This document shows positions 1 to 12,394 of a DNA stretch of 36,998 nt, piece after piece (the stretch's first letter is position 1; each line of letters begins with the position of its first letter). The position numbers and the translations under genes were made by a program. The DNA comes from Octopus bimaculoides (taxonomy: Eukaryota): assembly GCF_001194135.2 (NCBI RefSeq), contig NC_068990.1:48504977-48541974 (forward strand), given 5' to 3'. The notes under the pieces are model-generated. The model was given only the letters and a program-made list of their open reading frames with translations. It made no database searches and was not told the origin of the DNA.

Positions 1-354
1 CCGGAATTCATTGCTGTACTCATTTCCAACCCTCACCTTACTGGCAGCATCTCTGTACATGGCTCGCACAGCTCTCACTAACCATTCTTCTATCCCAAGT
101 TTCCTCATTGACCACCAGATAAGGGATCGGGGGACCCTGTCAAAGGCTTTCTCCATGTCAACGAAAGCCAGGTACAGAGGTTTATCCTTGGCTAGGTATT
201 TCTCTTGCAGCTGTCTTACTAGAAATAAGGCATCAGTAGTGCTTTTACCTGGCACGAACCCAAACTGCATCTCATATAAATTAATTCGCTCCCTAATTAG
301 TTGGGCTATGACCCTCTCTGTAACTTTCATAACCTGATCTAACAGCTTGATGCC
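1..354 (-). mobile_element. RTE-clade LINE reverse transcriptase fragment, 5'-truncated, continues past the window start
   Basis: Hand translation of the minus strand gives 118 stop-free codons: GIKLLDQVMKVTERVIAQLIRERINLYEMQFGFVPGKSTTDALFLVRQLQEKYLAKDKPLYLAFVDMEKAFDRVPRSLIWWSMRKLGIEEWLVRAVRAMYRDAASKVRVGNEYSNEFR. It carries the QFGFxPGxSTxDA and AFVDxEKAFD motifs of LINE RT domains. Homology stops near 355 in AT-rich flank. The + ORF 11..337 is its antisense shadow. Confidence 0.93.
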
Positions 355-563
355 TATTTAGAAATTAAATTAACTCCATTTAAATCATTTAATGTTTAAC
401 TTTTAACTAACACATCTCAGATGATACACATTTCCTAAGGGAAGCCGCTATAGAATAGAGACTGAGTCAGCTACTATAACGTTTTTGTCATTCATCCCCA
501 ACTTCTAACTTGCAAATGTTTTCAAAGTATTAACATAAATTATACTCAGAAAGTATTTTAAAA

Positions 564-566
564 TGT

Positions 567-607
<41 letters not shown>
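564..607. repeat. (GT)n microsatellite
   Basis: Direct reading. Confidence 0.95.
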
Positions 608-608
<1 letters not shown>

Positions 609-2803
609 ACTTGTGTTTGCACATGAAGAACACCTCCATTTATGCACAAAGTTATAGAGATGGTATGAATTTAGCTTTTAAATATTGACAATAAATAAAT
701 CATACCAAATATTATCACATTTGATCTAAATAATATATTGATGTCTGTCATAGACATGAGACTTCAGTTGATCAAAAGATGTTGAAAACTGAAAATTTCA
801 GTCTTTAACAAAATGGATGAAGACACAAATGGCCAAATAACCAAATTGTTTTTTTTATACTTTTTTTTTCTAATGCTGCTATATTGCATGTTTTTGAAAT
901 CAAACATCAAGGAAAAGCAAGTAATTACTTTTTTAAAACTATTAACAAATAAATTCATAAAGATCGAAGAATCTGAATTACACTCATATTATTTGAAGAC
1001 ATGACATTATATCTGACACATAAAGTTGCAAATATGCAATTATTTGGTGTATGTTTTTATGTGTTTATCATATATACATATATTTACAGTGAATTTGTTT
1101 AACTCCTCTATGACCATATTTTCAAGGAGATACATTTTCTGTCATTCTCAATGGCACCTGCAACATAGTTTTACTTCCACTTTCCCTGTCAGCATGAACT
1201 GGATGGATCAAGGTTCAAATCAGTTCTTATTCGGAAACACTGCATTCCTAGGAGGGATAGGGAAACACATCTCGCTTACATATTCTGTTTTTGTTATGGT
1301 TTCATGACTGAACATCTTTAATATTAACCATTTGGTACCAGCACTAGAGAAGTTGTCAAGTCCTCAGCACAACTAAAGAGTCCACTGTACCTTACACTGT
1401 TCCCATTGAATTACCAATCACTTTTCAGAGTGTACTAAGGTGAATTTTATCATGGCACCACTACTAAAGACATTACATATCCCTAGCAAAACTCCTCTGA
1501 ATTCTATGTAGTCACTATTCTTTCAAAACAAATGTTACTGAGTTTAAATGAAAGGCCAAGAGGATGAAAAAAATAAGAATGCGATGAAGAAAATAGGGTG
1601 GTAATATAAGGATGATAATGGCAGAAAGGTAATAAAAATGAGTGATATGGATGTATTTTAATTCATTTAGAAAATAATTGAGAATTTGGAGGATGGATAT
1701 AAAATAATCAACTTCTTCTGTTATTGATTAGACTGGAGTTTGGAAGGTTTAAATTTAAATATAAACACTTTAAAAATTAGAGGTCTCACATGATAGAAGG
1801 TCCCAGAAGTGATTTCAGTTGGGTCAGAATTGAAAGGGTTAAAATAACTCACCTTTTTTTATTTACTCCAAACATTTATTACTATTGAGGCCCAACAGCT
1901 TCACATCAAATTTAAATAATTTTCTCCAAATCTCCTGACACTTTCAACACCTTTTCAGTCAACTTATATACTTCCATTACATATCTATCTTTAATGGTCA
2001 TTTTTGCTTAAGCTATTTCAGAAGATAATACAACTCCTATGGATTGTACACATTCTCCTCCAGCTCCTAAAACCTTTTCTTTTCAATATCCAGTTCTGAC
2101 AAATGTATCATACAACTTAGTTTCCCGTTAAAGACAATTCTTTTATTAGCAACAAAAACAATTCTTGAAAATTCTCTATTCACAATTATTTCACTAACTC
2201 TAACCTCTACATTGATTAGAACAACAATATTAAATAGTTAACTATTACCTTCAATAAACCAAAGATTTTATTCCTAAATACCTTCATTGAATTTCAAAGT
2301 GTTGATTAATTCTGAGTCTTTCAAAGATCTTATAATACCTCTAGTAAACTTATTAACTGCACCATTTAGAGCTTGTAAGGATGGGAGGATACCACCTTCA
2401 ATTTTATATTTGACTAACTCTAACTTCAATGCAGTCTTAATTTCCCATTCAAAAGTTAGGAGGTCTCTCAGTAGGATTTTAGCAAAGGATTCCAGAGTCA
2501 ATGCTAAAACTGGGAAGACTAAGATTAGTGTCTTGATGATGAACATCAGAATCTGAAGTTTTTATTAAAATGTTTACTAACTCACTCTTAGCACTTTGAA
2601 TAAAACATTATACAGAAGTTCTTATGAACCACATTTACACACGTAGTTTTGTTTTATCTACCAAACTGCAACATGCAAAAATACATCAATCACATTTTTT
2701 GATCTTAAAAATGCAACATGAAGCTAGCTTCTCTACCAAGAATTTACATGCTACTATCTCACCAAAAATATACACATTAAATACTGGTATTGTGTGAAAC
2801 TAT

Positions 2804-2805
<2 letters not shown>

Positions 2806-2872
<67 letters not shown>
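2806..2872. repeat. Compound (CA)n(TACA)n(TA)n microsatellite
   Basis: Direct reading; source of ORF 2794..2979. Confidence 0.95.
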
Positions 2873-2873
<1 letters not shown>

Positions 2874-3994
2874 GAATAATAATAAAAATACACTATCTGA
2901 TTTATGTCGCAATACTCAGTTTTCTTTCCGAATAGATCAAATTGCCTCTCGTCATTCTCATCCTTGCAGAATCTCTTAAAAAGTGTAAAATCACTCCATA
3001 ATTTTGTAAATGTAACGAATGTAATTATATGAGTTCACTAAGACAGACAAGATTCTATACACTGAGGAAAATTGTTAAATTCTGAAATGACTTTTGATAA
3101 AGATATTTTTAAAAAAAGGATTATATAAATAACATACTAAATCAATCTAAACCAATATAGTATGCAATTACTTTTATTTGTTTAAATTCTTTTTCATAAA
3201 TATTTTAATTTAATTTTTTTTTTTCAAATGATCACATTAAATTTATTGATCCCCCCACCCACTTCAAGTTTAGTTTTATTTATTTTCTCCCCAATATCTA
3301 AAAATGCTCCATATTCAGTTAAACTCTTCAATAATTATTTCTTGCTTTTCAGATCAATAACCTGGAAATCATCAACCACCAAGTAACTATGAATTCTACT
3401 TTTCTCAGTACTCGGATCAGATATTGACATTTTTCTTTACCAGTGCAATGTAATTGATCACAATTATGTAGACATAGCTATTAGTAACCTTTGATAAAAT
3501 AAGTGTTTCATACATTAGACCAGAAATATGCCAAAATCTATGACCAACATGGCTGACATGAAAATCTGCAACAATACTAAAAACATACAAACTATCAAAA
3601 AAATTTCAAACTACATAAATCATGCAGTGGTATTCAGAAATTTTCAAGAATCAATTTAAATTTGGGTCCTGGTGTACATCAATCATTGTCACAATTATTG
3701 CCATCATATTTCTACATCTGTTTTTCCATATTCACAGTGATATAATGGGTTCACAGTATCAACTTTCATCATTATTATTGTCCTTAGTTGATTCTATGTT
3801 TCTAAGTTATATCTTTTAACAACTAAGAACCAGAACAGAGATGATATAATAAACCTATTAACTTGAGTATCATAAAACTTTAAAGTAGTTTCCAAAGATT
3901 TGTTGAAGAGTTAATTATATTTTATCAGTATAAATTAGTAATGTCTTCTTTTAACCTTTTGAGGTCATTTGGATATTATTTATTCACTCATTCA

Positions 3995-4080
3995 TTTAGT
4001 TTAACATGCTAGCATGGCTTAGACAGGAGGAAATTGTAGTGTGCTTTTTATGGCTGGACATTCTTCTTGTCGCCAACTAT
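3995..4080 (-). mobile_element. Degenerate RTE-type 3' tail fragment
   Basis: The reverse complement resembles ggttggc..aggaagggcatccagcc.taaaa ... catgctagcatg..ttaaa of the tail at 12906-13066. Confidence 0.55.
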
Positions 4081-4224
4081 TACATGTTCTTCAAGCAAAG
4101 GAATTTTACTCAAAAGCACAAAACTAGCAGATGATTTGTTAACAGAGAAATGTCAAAAAACATCAATGATTGCAGCTGAGCTACAAATGGTGACATCACT
4201 GTTTGTAGTCATAATTCAGCATAG

Positions 4225-4418
4225 TTTTGTAAACATTTGCACACACACACACATGTATACATATATGACAAGTTTCTTTTTATTTTCCATTTACCCAATT
4301 CCCTTACAAGGCGTTGTTCAATTATATTTAAAACAATCAATTGCCCTGAGTGTCACAAAGTGGGGCTGAACCTAAAACCATATTGGTTGAGAAACTTCTC
4401 AACTTCACAGCTATGCGT
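4225..4418 (-). mobile_element. Degenerate CORE-type tRNA SINE (family B), 5' half
   Basis: ttgccctgagtgtcacaaagtggggctgaacctaaaaccatattggttgag matches the 5' part of the young copy at 25122-25510; internal (CA)/(TA) tract present. Confidence 0.65.
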
Positions 4419-5274
4419 GTATGTATAAATGTCAGTTAACTGAATTTAAAACCTGGAAGAGGCTATTTAATCATTGTTTTGGGAAAAGTAAATTTATGTA
4501 CCTTGTCCAAGAGCACAACTTGATGCCAATGTTGAGATCTGAACAACAAAGCTAGAAATGATAACTTTTGGCTTGGGACACAGTTATATCTATAAGGAAA
4601 AATAAGATGGAGCTATTGAAATCAGCATCAGTGTTTTAAAGGGATTTATTATACTACAGTAAAGAGGTAAAAGGAAAAGTTAACTTTGACAGGATTATAA
4701 CTCAGACTACTAATTCATCAAATTTGATACAGTAAACAAATTATATTCTAATGTAGAAATGAAGTTGTACTTAAGATATACATTACTTAAATATATATGT
4801 GTGGTGTGTGATTAGTTTTTATAGTCATCTACTTAGAAATCTAAGAGGAGTGGTCACCAAGAAATGAAGCATATTTTATATTTTTCCAATATTTGCTTTA
4901 TTACTCTCAGATGTCTAGAATGGTATGTTTTGGATAAATTTTATATCAAGTTTGTTTAAATATAGTTCTAGAAATTTTTCTTGAAGTGTAAAACTTTAAA
5001 GATTAACCATTCAAACAATTTTCATATGCAGACAGAAATTGGTTTTAAAATCTCATCTTGCTGTGTGTCTATGTGAGATCAGACAGGTCACAATCAAGAT
5101 AGGTAAAGAGAAATGAATTCATTTTTATCACTGATGACTTTGCCAAATAACTAAATCAACAATATGGAAGCTATCATTAATTACAAGTCTGTATTTCTGA
5201 AACATATGGCTACAAGAATAATTTTGACTAGCAGGGGATTTCTTGTTTACAAAAGGAATACAATGTCAAACTAA

Positions 5275-5370
5275 ATACTTTGCCTTATTTAGTTACATCT
5301 CTTGTTCAGAGTTCAAATTCTGTCAGGTATTAATTTATCTTTCAGAGGTTAAATAAAATAAATACTGTAC
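5275..5370 (+). mobile_element. Degenerate family A SINE fragment
   Basis: gttcagagttcaaattctgtcagg...tttcagaggttaaataaaataaatac resembles the B-box and central block of 11887-12084. Confidence 0.45.
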
Positions 5371-5371
5371 A

Positions 5372-5685
5372 ATAACTGCTGAGAATGATGAAAACTGAGC
5401 CAGTGATGGATATTGTGAAGAGAAACATGATGAGATTGCTGAATCGTGATGAAGGACAAAAATGACTGGGTGAAAGAAAGGATAGAAATGAATGCAGAAG
5501 AAAATAAAGGAAGAAGACACTAAAAAGACATGGCAAAAGATGATGGGAGAAGAAATGGGAGTTAAGGGGTATGTGAGGAAAGATATAGGGGATAGGGCAA
5601 AATGGAGAATAACATCAGAAGGCCCTGCAAGACTTGTCCCTACCTTAGCAGGGAAATGGCATTACAACACTTGTGTAACGTTGTA
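5372..5685 (+). mobile_element. Old RTE LINE 3' ORF remnant (frameshifted)
   Basis: Across frameshifts it reads LLRMMKTEPVMDIVKRNMMR / VMKDKNDWVKERIEMNAEENKGR / KKTWQKMMGEEMGVKGYVRKDIGDRAKWR, i.e. the RTE C-terminal GRxKKTW...DRxxWR signature. It explains ORF 5492..5701. Confidence 0.75.
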
Positions 5686-5904
5686 CATACTGTTCCCATA
5701 GAATCACCATTTAAAATCTCAACTGAAATAAATGTATTCAAAAATAATGATACCTGAAATTGACCAAAAAAATATACCAACTAAAATGTAGTTTGCTTAA
5801 AAGTACAAAAATATTGGGTCTAATGTCCAACCAAGTATAGTACTTGTATTGATATTATTTTAGTTAGAGTGATGTAGAGTGCCATTAATGGTTTGTAGTA
5901 TATA

Positions 5905-6085
5905 ATTACATTCCTTTAGGTTCTTTGTATTCCAAGCTTAAATCTCCAGGGGTTGATTTTTCCTTTCATCCTTCCATGATTGATAAAGTATGTACCAATA
6001 ATGTACTTGTTGATTTAATCAATAACACTTATTCCCTGAATATCTATGATCATTTGCTGAAATTAGAAATCATTATTGTTATAAT
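5905..6085 (+). mobile_element. Degenerate family A SINE
   Basis: ggttgatttttcctttcatccttccatgattgataaagtatgtacca central block and aaattagaaatcattattgtt tail. Confidence 0.6.
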
Positions 6086-6899
6086 TACTTTAGTTACATA
6101 ACTTTCTTGACTTCTATTTCCAGCTAATTTCATTTTATTTTGCCTAATATAATTCTACTGATTTTCAACATCCGATTAAGAAAGAGATAAATTTAACTCC
6201 TGTCTTTCAAAACAGGGTGTTTCCAGGGCTACAAACCTCATCTTTTTCCCATCAGAAACAACTCAAAAGAAATGGAATACACAAAATATAAATGCTCAGC
6301 AAGATTCAGAGGTTCATTTAATGATACTACTTTTCTTACATTTCCTACACATTTATATGAACAAGATTATAAAATAAATGAAGAGATCTGGATCAGAAGA
6401 AGTAGATCTAGATTAATTAGCAATTTCAAAAAAAATCATTTTTCACCTTAGTAATGAAACAAATAAATATACCAGGACAAAATATCCAACAGAGTTAACT
6501 ACACATATTTTCCTGCATTCTTACTTTTATTTTTTACCTTACAGATTCATCAAATCTCATAAGAAAAAGAAAAGAAAACAGATATTGTAAAAATCATAAA
6601 TCAATTGATAAGAGTACTTATTTTTTTCTCCCTTTGAAACTATCACTATTCAATATTGTTACATATTTTAGAGGAATTCATTGAATAAAAGATTTTCTTG
6701 TGCTTTGATATAGCACTTGGAAACATTCTTCTTAAATAACTAATCCATGGATTTATTTGTTGACATATTCTTTTTTATTCAATTCCTGAAGAAGAATATT
6801 AATAGATGTGTTTTTTACACCCCATGAAATGCAGCAGCAGCAGCTCAATAGTAATAGTTATAACAATAAGGCTTTCTAAATAAAAACAGTAATAATAAT

Positions 6900-7120
6900 A
6901 ATGATGATGATAATGATTATTTGTTACATAGGCACAAAGTTAGAAATTGTTTGGGTTGATTATATTGTATTTTAACCCCAGTACCTGATTGGTACTAATT
7001 TTACTGATTCCAGAAAGATGAAAGGCAAAGTTGACCTCAGCAGGATTTGAACTCAAAATGCAAAGAACCAGAACAAATACCATTTATTCAATGCTTAAAT
7101 GATTCTGACATCCACCACTT
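6900..7120 (-). mobile_element. Family A SINE
   Basis: gatgaaaggcaaagttgacctcagcaggatttgaactcaaaatgcaaag is the reverse complement of the B-box plus central block. Confidence 0.75.
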
Positions 7121-7685
7121 AATAAATAATAATCTTTCAACGATAATTGATATATGAAAATTAAATGCTAGGAATTTTGTTTTTTAAAAATAACCAAAGA
7201 AAAATGCCTTAGCAGACAACCAGGTTAACAAGAAGAGCCAGACTCATCAAGAATACAGACATGCATTTCTCTTTATGCTGAGATTCAGATATTCTTTTTC
7301 TTTTTCAGAAAATTTAAAATAATAACACCCTTATTCTTTTGGTACCTCATAATAATGGCTTCGTCTTTTTCTATAGGTTTCATGTTCAAAGGGTCAAAAT
7401 TACTATTATAAGAACTTACATATTTTTTTAACTTGGCTAACATCCAGCATAAGTGAATTAAATATATATGCTTACATTAAAAGAGAATATTAATGAAGTT
7501 CTAATTTCTACAATTTACAGTTTACCATGTATCTTCAAAAATTCTTAACTGGTTATGTAAATATTATTCTATGGGGAAAATACTTTTACAGCTTCAGTTA
7601 TCCAGCTTCATTCTAATGTTGTAGGAATCCAAGTCATGTCATACTATTGAATATATTGCATAAGCTTCCATATTTTTTCTTTTAA

Positions 7686-7903
7686 CTCTTTAACATTTAA
7701 TCCAGCCATATCTGGCCCAAATATTTTATCTGTTTTATGTTAAAACTGACCATATCCGACCTCTCATACCTAACCTACAATGTCATTCAAAATATACAAA
7801 TGCACCATTGAAATCTTGAAGCTACAAGATAATGTGTAATTAATTCAAAACAATGAAAATAAATAGGCATTATATTTCACAAAGAAATCTGAATGCTAAA
7901 AGG
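7686..7903. mobile_element. piggyBac-like MITE (about 220 bp)
   Basis: TTAA at 7682-7685, then ctctttaacatt. The right end aatgctaaaagg is an imperfect inverted repeat followed by a degenerate tcag. An internal ccagccatatctggccc / ctgaccatatccgacc subrepeat is present. Matches an abundant octopus MITE as I recall it. Confidence 0.6.
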
Positions 7904-8062
7904 TCAGAACTATTTCAGTTTTACATTAACCCAAAACATACCAAAATACTTACCAAATGAATTTATTAGTTAAATACATGTTTTCTAATTGCTTATTTTA
8001 ATTAATATCTGAAAGAAACTACCAAAACTATAGGGAATGCTGAAGATTTAAGATATTTAAAT

Positions 8063-8433
8063 GAGCACAGCAGAATAAGTGCTTAAGAAGCTTGTTTTCC
8101 AACCATGTGGTTTCAAGTTCAGTCACACTGAGCAGTACTTTGAACAAACGTTTTCTGCTACAGGTTGACCAATGCCTTGTGAGAGAATACTGTAGATGGA
8201 AACAGTGCGGAACCCTGTCGCGTGTGTGTGTGTTCCCTCCCATCACTTAACAACTGGTGTTGGTTTTTTAACATCTCCATAACTTAATAGTTCAGCAAAA
8301 TAGACTGACAGAATACATGTCAAACTTTAAAAAAGAAGATAAGTACCGCAATCAATTTGTTCAACTAAACTGTTCAGGGCTGCATCCCAGCATGGCCGCA
8401 GTCCAATGAATAAAATAAGTAAAAGGTAAAAGA
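8063..8433 (+). mobile_element. Full-length degenerate CORE-type SINE (family B)
   Basis: Head aagaagcttgttttccaaccatgtggtttcaagttcagtcacactg, internal (GT)n, and 3' ccagcatggccgcagtccaatga...aagtaaaag; collinear with the reverse complement of 25122-25510. Confidence 0.8.
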
Positions 8434-8589
8434 TGCAATGTGAAGGTAGTGGTGGTGGTAGTTTCAATGACCATGGTGGCAGTGGCAGTTACAGTGATAA
8501 TGGAGGTGGTAATCATTGCTGTGGTAGCAGCAATGATGGTGGTAGTTGTGATCATAGCAGTGGAGGAATCAATAGTATTGTTATTGTCA

Positions 8590-8665
8590 GTGTTTAACCC
8601 CAGGTCAGCTGTGATCAAGCAGAACTATGATCAAAGGCACTTTGTATATGACCATGCTATCTGTC
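8590..8665 (-). mobile_element. Short retro-tail repeat (family F)
   Basis: tttaaccccaggtcagctgtgatcaagcagaactatgatcaaaggc; similar copies at about 9085-9150, 10440-10510 and, on the + strand, 14785-14853. Confidence 0.55.
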
Positions 8666-8882
8666 TATATTTCAAGAGTTACATTATCCAACATGTTCTT
8701 TCATTTTTAAAATAGTAGGGTATAATTTAAGGTGATTTCTAGTACAGAAGTGCTCACACTGGCATGTGGTAGCCAATGTTATTGTCGGTGATAGTGCTTG
8801 TAGTGTTGTAAGTGTTAATGATAGTGATCTCAGTATCTTTGCTGTTCATAGCATTTTCTCCTTAGTATTATTGTTGTTGTTA

Positions 8883-9080
8883 GGGCAGCAAGCTGGCAGA
8901 ATCGTTAGCATGCCAGACAACATGCTTAGAAGCATTTCACCCAACTTTACACTCTGATTTCGAATTCCACCAAGCTCAACTTTGCTCTTAATTCTTTCAG
9001 GTCAATAAAGTAATTACCAGTTGAGCCCTGGGTCAACGTAATCAACTAGCCTTCTACCTATAGTAGAAAGGATTATCATT
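8883..9080 (+). mobile_element. Family A SINE
   Basis: Head ggcagcaagctggcagaatcgttagcatgccag, central block, and tagtagaaaggattatc tail. Confidence 0.8.
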
Positions 9081-9451
9081 GCTGATGTTACTGCTATATA
9101 GCCCCAAGTCAGCCTTCACTGAGTAGACAACCAATGGCAGAGAGGTAGTTGTCCAAATTAGTAAATGCAATCAACTGAAGGCCCAACCATACTGTATAGT
9201 CTGACATACAGTGGTTAAATATATGGGAAGCAGTGTGACTGTATGGGCTTATTTGATTAACTGTTTAGTGTACTCTTAGTTTTTGTTCACCTCTTTTTCA
9301 CTTGTGATTCTTTTCCCATTTTTTTCTTTTTTTGTAAGTTTAAAGTAGATCTAAAAATAATATGGAGCACATTGGTAATTTGCCAAATTCCTGAGTATTA
9401 CTCAACATTATTGTTCTATCTAGTATGAGTCATCATTGTATACACTGCCAT

Positions 9452-10230
9452 GCATCATCATTGTTTAACATCTGCTTTCCATGGCATGGGCTGGATGGTT
9501 TGACAGGAGCTGGCTTGGCAGGAGACCACACCAGCACAGGTGAAATCAGTTTTGCTATGGTTTTTACTGCTGGATGCCCTTCCAAATGCCAACCACTTTA
9601 TAGTGTGGTCTGGATGCTTTTACATGGCACCAACACCAGCGGAGACACCAAGTAACTTGCAAGTCAAAGAACCTTTGAGAGGAGAGAGGGCATTGGAAGA
9701 GGTGATCTTGTGTCACATGATGAAAGATTAGTGTGACAGAAAGACAGAAACAGGTGTGCTGTTGTAAAGGAGATAGGTAGAGTGATCAAGAATGAGGGCA
9801 GAAACAGGTGTGCTGCTGTAGAGGAAATACATGGTTAAGGGAGAGTAAGGGAAAAAGAGGGAGAGAGAGGGGGAAACAGCAAGAGTGCAAGAGAGAGCAG
9901 GAGAGAGATGGTGTGAAGAGTCAGGGTAGACACACAAGGAACGGGGATCAGAACATAGATGGTATGATAGAGTAAGGAAGTGCCAGGGCATACCCTCAAG
10001 GTATGGAGGTCATAATATAGGTGGCAGGGTATCATCAAGAAAGGTGCGAGTAGAGAGTGGGGTGGGGAATTTAGTGACTAGTAAGAACCAAGGTATACAG
10101 AGGGGGGTGGAGATAGCAATGATACAGTGAACAGGGCAGTGAGGACAGGATTGGGGAGTATGAGATAATCATAGCATATGAAGAGGAAATGTGAAGAAGA
10201 GAAAAGATGCAGTTTGGGAGAGGAGATAAG
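9452..10230 (-). mobile_element. Family D retroelement: long pyrimidine-rich body plus RTE-type tail ending in (GAT)n
   Basis: Shares caccaagtaacttgcaag, tgctgtagag.a.a.acatg and cataccct blocks with 22105-23125. Its tail matches the RTE tail. The upstream boundary is approximate. Confidence 0.65.
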
Positions 10231-10594
10231 TCTGATTTGTTCTGGAGATATTCCATCTAGTTTGCTTTCAANNNNNNNNNNTTGTTCTGGAGATATTCCA
10301 TCTAGTTTGCTTTCAAACAACTTTCTTTTATGTTGGGAAACATGTTTTGGCCCAAAATTTGGTGAAGTGAGCATATCCATAACTAAAGCAGGGAATGATG
10401 AGGGCTTAATCACTAATAAAGCAATATGACAATGGTATTGCTATTATGTCATTTAGCCTGAGGTCAGTCCTGATCAAGTAGATGTTTAGTGGCAGTCCAG
10501 TTGTGGCTAGCTTGCAGATTCTGCAGAGATATCAGGAAAATTCCATGTAGTTATTTCTAAAAGAAAAAAAAACTGTAGCCTAAATGTCTAAGTT

Positions 10595-10848
10595 CAGTAT
10601 TTTGCAAAGTAAATTCCAAGGAACCCCAGAGTTTTGTGAAAAATTTTAGGGTTCTATAAAAAACAATTCTTTTAATAAAAATTCATTTTATGAAAAAAAA
10701 AAGATGGTATTCATTATTTCAAAACTCTCAGAAACTATTTTTGTTTCATTAAAATTAGGGGTGGGTAATCAGAAAATATAAGCATATGTTCCACAATTCT
10801 GGAAAATCATATAAGAGTTCTGTGACAAAACGAGTTTCAGAACTACTG
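10595..10848. mobile_element. Old hAT (Charlie-like) MITE
   Basis: Imperfect TIRs cagtattttgcaaa and tttcagaactactg (about 10/14), with subterminal ttccaaggaacccc / gagttctgtga like CAGTGGTTC-ended hAT elements. No clear 8-bp TSD. Confidence 0.45.
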
Positions 10849-11886
10849 TCTTGGAGTACTAAGTATCATTTATATTCTAAGTTCAAACCATACCAAATCC
10901 AACTTTACCTCTCATTCTACCAGTACTAGTCATAAACTGGGTTTCATTCAATCATTATATTGTTCCCTGACATTCTTGTATTAATAGGAGGAATCAATAG
11001 TAAATATTTAAAAAATTAGGAGTCTCCAGCAACAAGAGTCCACTATCAGTGGTAAATGATATTCCTTGAATCTTTCACCAAGAGTAATCCTTGGTGCTAT
11101 AAAATCATTAGTGGTTTTATTATAGTTTTTGTTATTGTTATTGATGGTCTATCTCTAGTTAGGTACAGCTGTATATTGAACATTTAGAAAATCCTTACCC
11201 AACAATTGATTTAAATAGGAACTTTATACCTATGAGATTTATATCAATGTTTAAAATGCCTTTAGTGTTGTGTTTATTGTCCTACAATATAAGACTTAAG
11301 ATATTTCTTTGGGGAAGAATTTGGCTACTATTATTGACTGACTGGTTCACTGATTGTATAAAATTGATCTTCTCTGACTCGATTGAAATCATAGCTGAAA
11401 TTGGTTCTGTATAGTAATAATGATCGAAGTGATAGAAAACATTATAGAAAATATCCTCTGACTGCTTTTGAGTTAAACAAAAGTGACAAAGAAACAGAAA
11501 ACATTTTCTAAAATTCTTATGAAAGTACTTTAAGATGACAGTGCTCAAGTATAACTAACTATATGAAATAGTGAGAGAACATGGAATTTCAATGGCCATG
11601 TCAGCAAAAGCTCCTAGCAATTAATCTATTATGCAAAGTAATTATGGATAATAGATCAAGAAACTTCTAAAATTGGGTGAGACAGATAATCAGGTTTTGC
11701 ACAACAACCACAACAAAAGCAACAAAAATTGTTTGAATTTCAATTTATCAATATTTTTTACTCATCACTCAGGGATCAGAGGGTGATCAATATCATTGGA
11801 GTTTAATAGAAAGTAATGAAAAATATAAACCATTATTCCATTTGATGTAGTTCTAGGGAAGAAATATTATTAATGGTTTGTGGCTC

Positions 11887-12084
11887 AGAAACGTTAGCAT
11901 GCCGGGCAAAATGCTTAGCGGTATTCCGTCTGTCTTTATGTTCTGGGTTCAAATTCCGCCGAGGTCGACTTTGCCTTTCATCCTTTCGGGGTCGATAAAT
12001 TAAGTACCAGTTGCATACTGGGATCGATTTAATTGACTGGTCCCGTCCCCCAAAATTTCAGGCCTTGTGCCTAGAGTAGAAAAG
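11887..12084 (+). mobile_element. Young family A tRNA-derived SINE, slightly 5'-truncated, with 21-bp TSD
   Basis: B-box gggttcaaattcc, CpG-rich central block gaggtcgactttgcctttcatcctttcggggtcgataaattaagtaccag. TSD attattaatggttt(g/a)tggctc at 11866-11886 and 12085-12105. Confidence 0.92.
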
Positions 12085-12394
12085 ATTATTAATGGTTTAT
12101 GGCTCTTGTTTCACAATAAAATGATGAAGATGATGAAAAACTAATAACAAAGCATTATTGGTAAGATTAAGAGGCTCTGTAATTAATAGGGTTCCCTATT
12201 GTATTGGTGCAAAATAATGCAAATATATTTTTCCTTATTTAAATGAAGTGCTAGAATGACAGAAATGGTGTAACCCTGCACCAAAACAACTTACAGTATT
12301 CAGTATTGTCTCTTATTTTTCATTCAAATCCATCCATGGCACACTCTGTCTTTGGTTCTATGTCAATAAAGATCAATAAAATAACGCCTACAAA

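Noticed and set aside
11-337. 108-aa plus-strand ORF
   Set aside because: Antisense shadow of the RTE RT frame.
1324-1842. TTAA-flanked CC...GGG ends suggesting a piggyBac-like MITE
   Set aside because: The inverted match is only about 10 nt including TTAA; it could be chance.
3060-3100. ctgagga...gaaa hammerhead-like string
   Set aside because: No G10.1-C11.1 pair, and stem III does not form.
3353-3382. 30-nt micro-exon candidate (ttttcag/...CAA/gtaact; INNLEIINHQ)
   Set aside because: Too short to distinguish from chance without transcript data.
8361-8715. Thr-rich and Val-rich ORFs
   Set aside because: Decayed (GTG/ATG)n low-complexity sequence.
10237-10316. Exact 35-nt direct repeat flanking a 10-N gap, and the ORFs crossing it
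   Set aside because: Typical unmerged contig overlap; assembly artefact.
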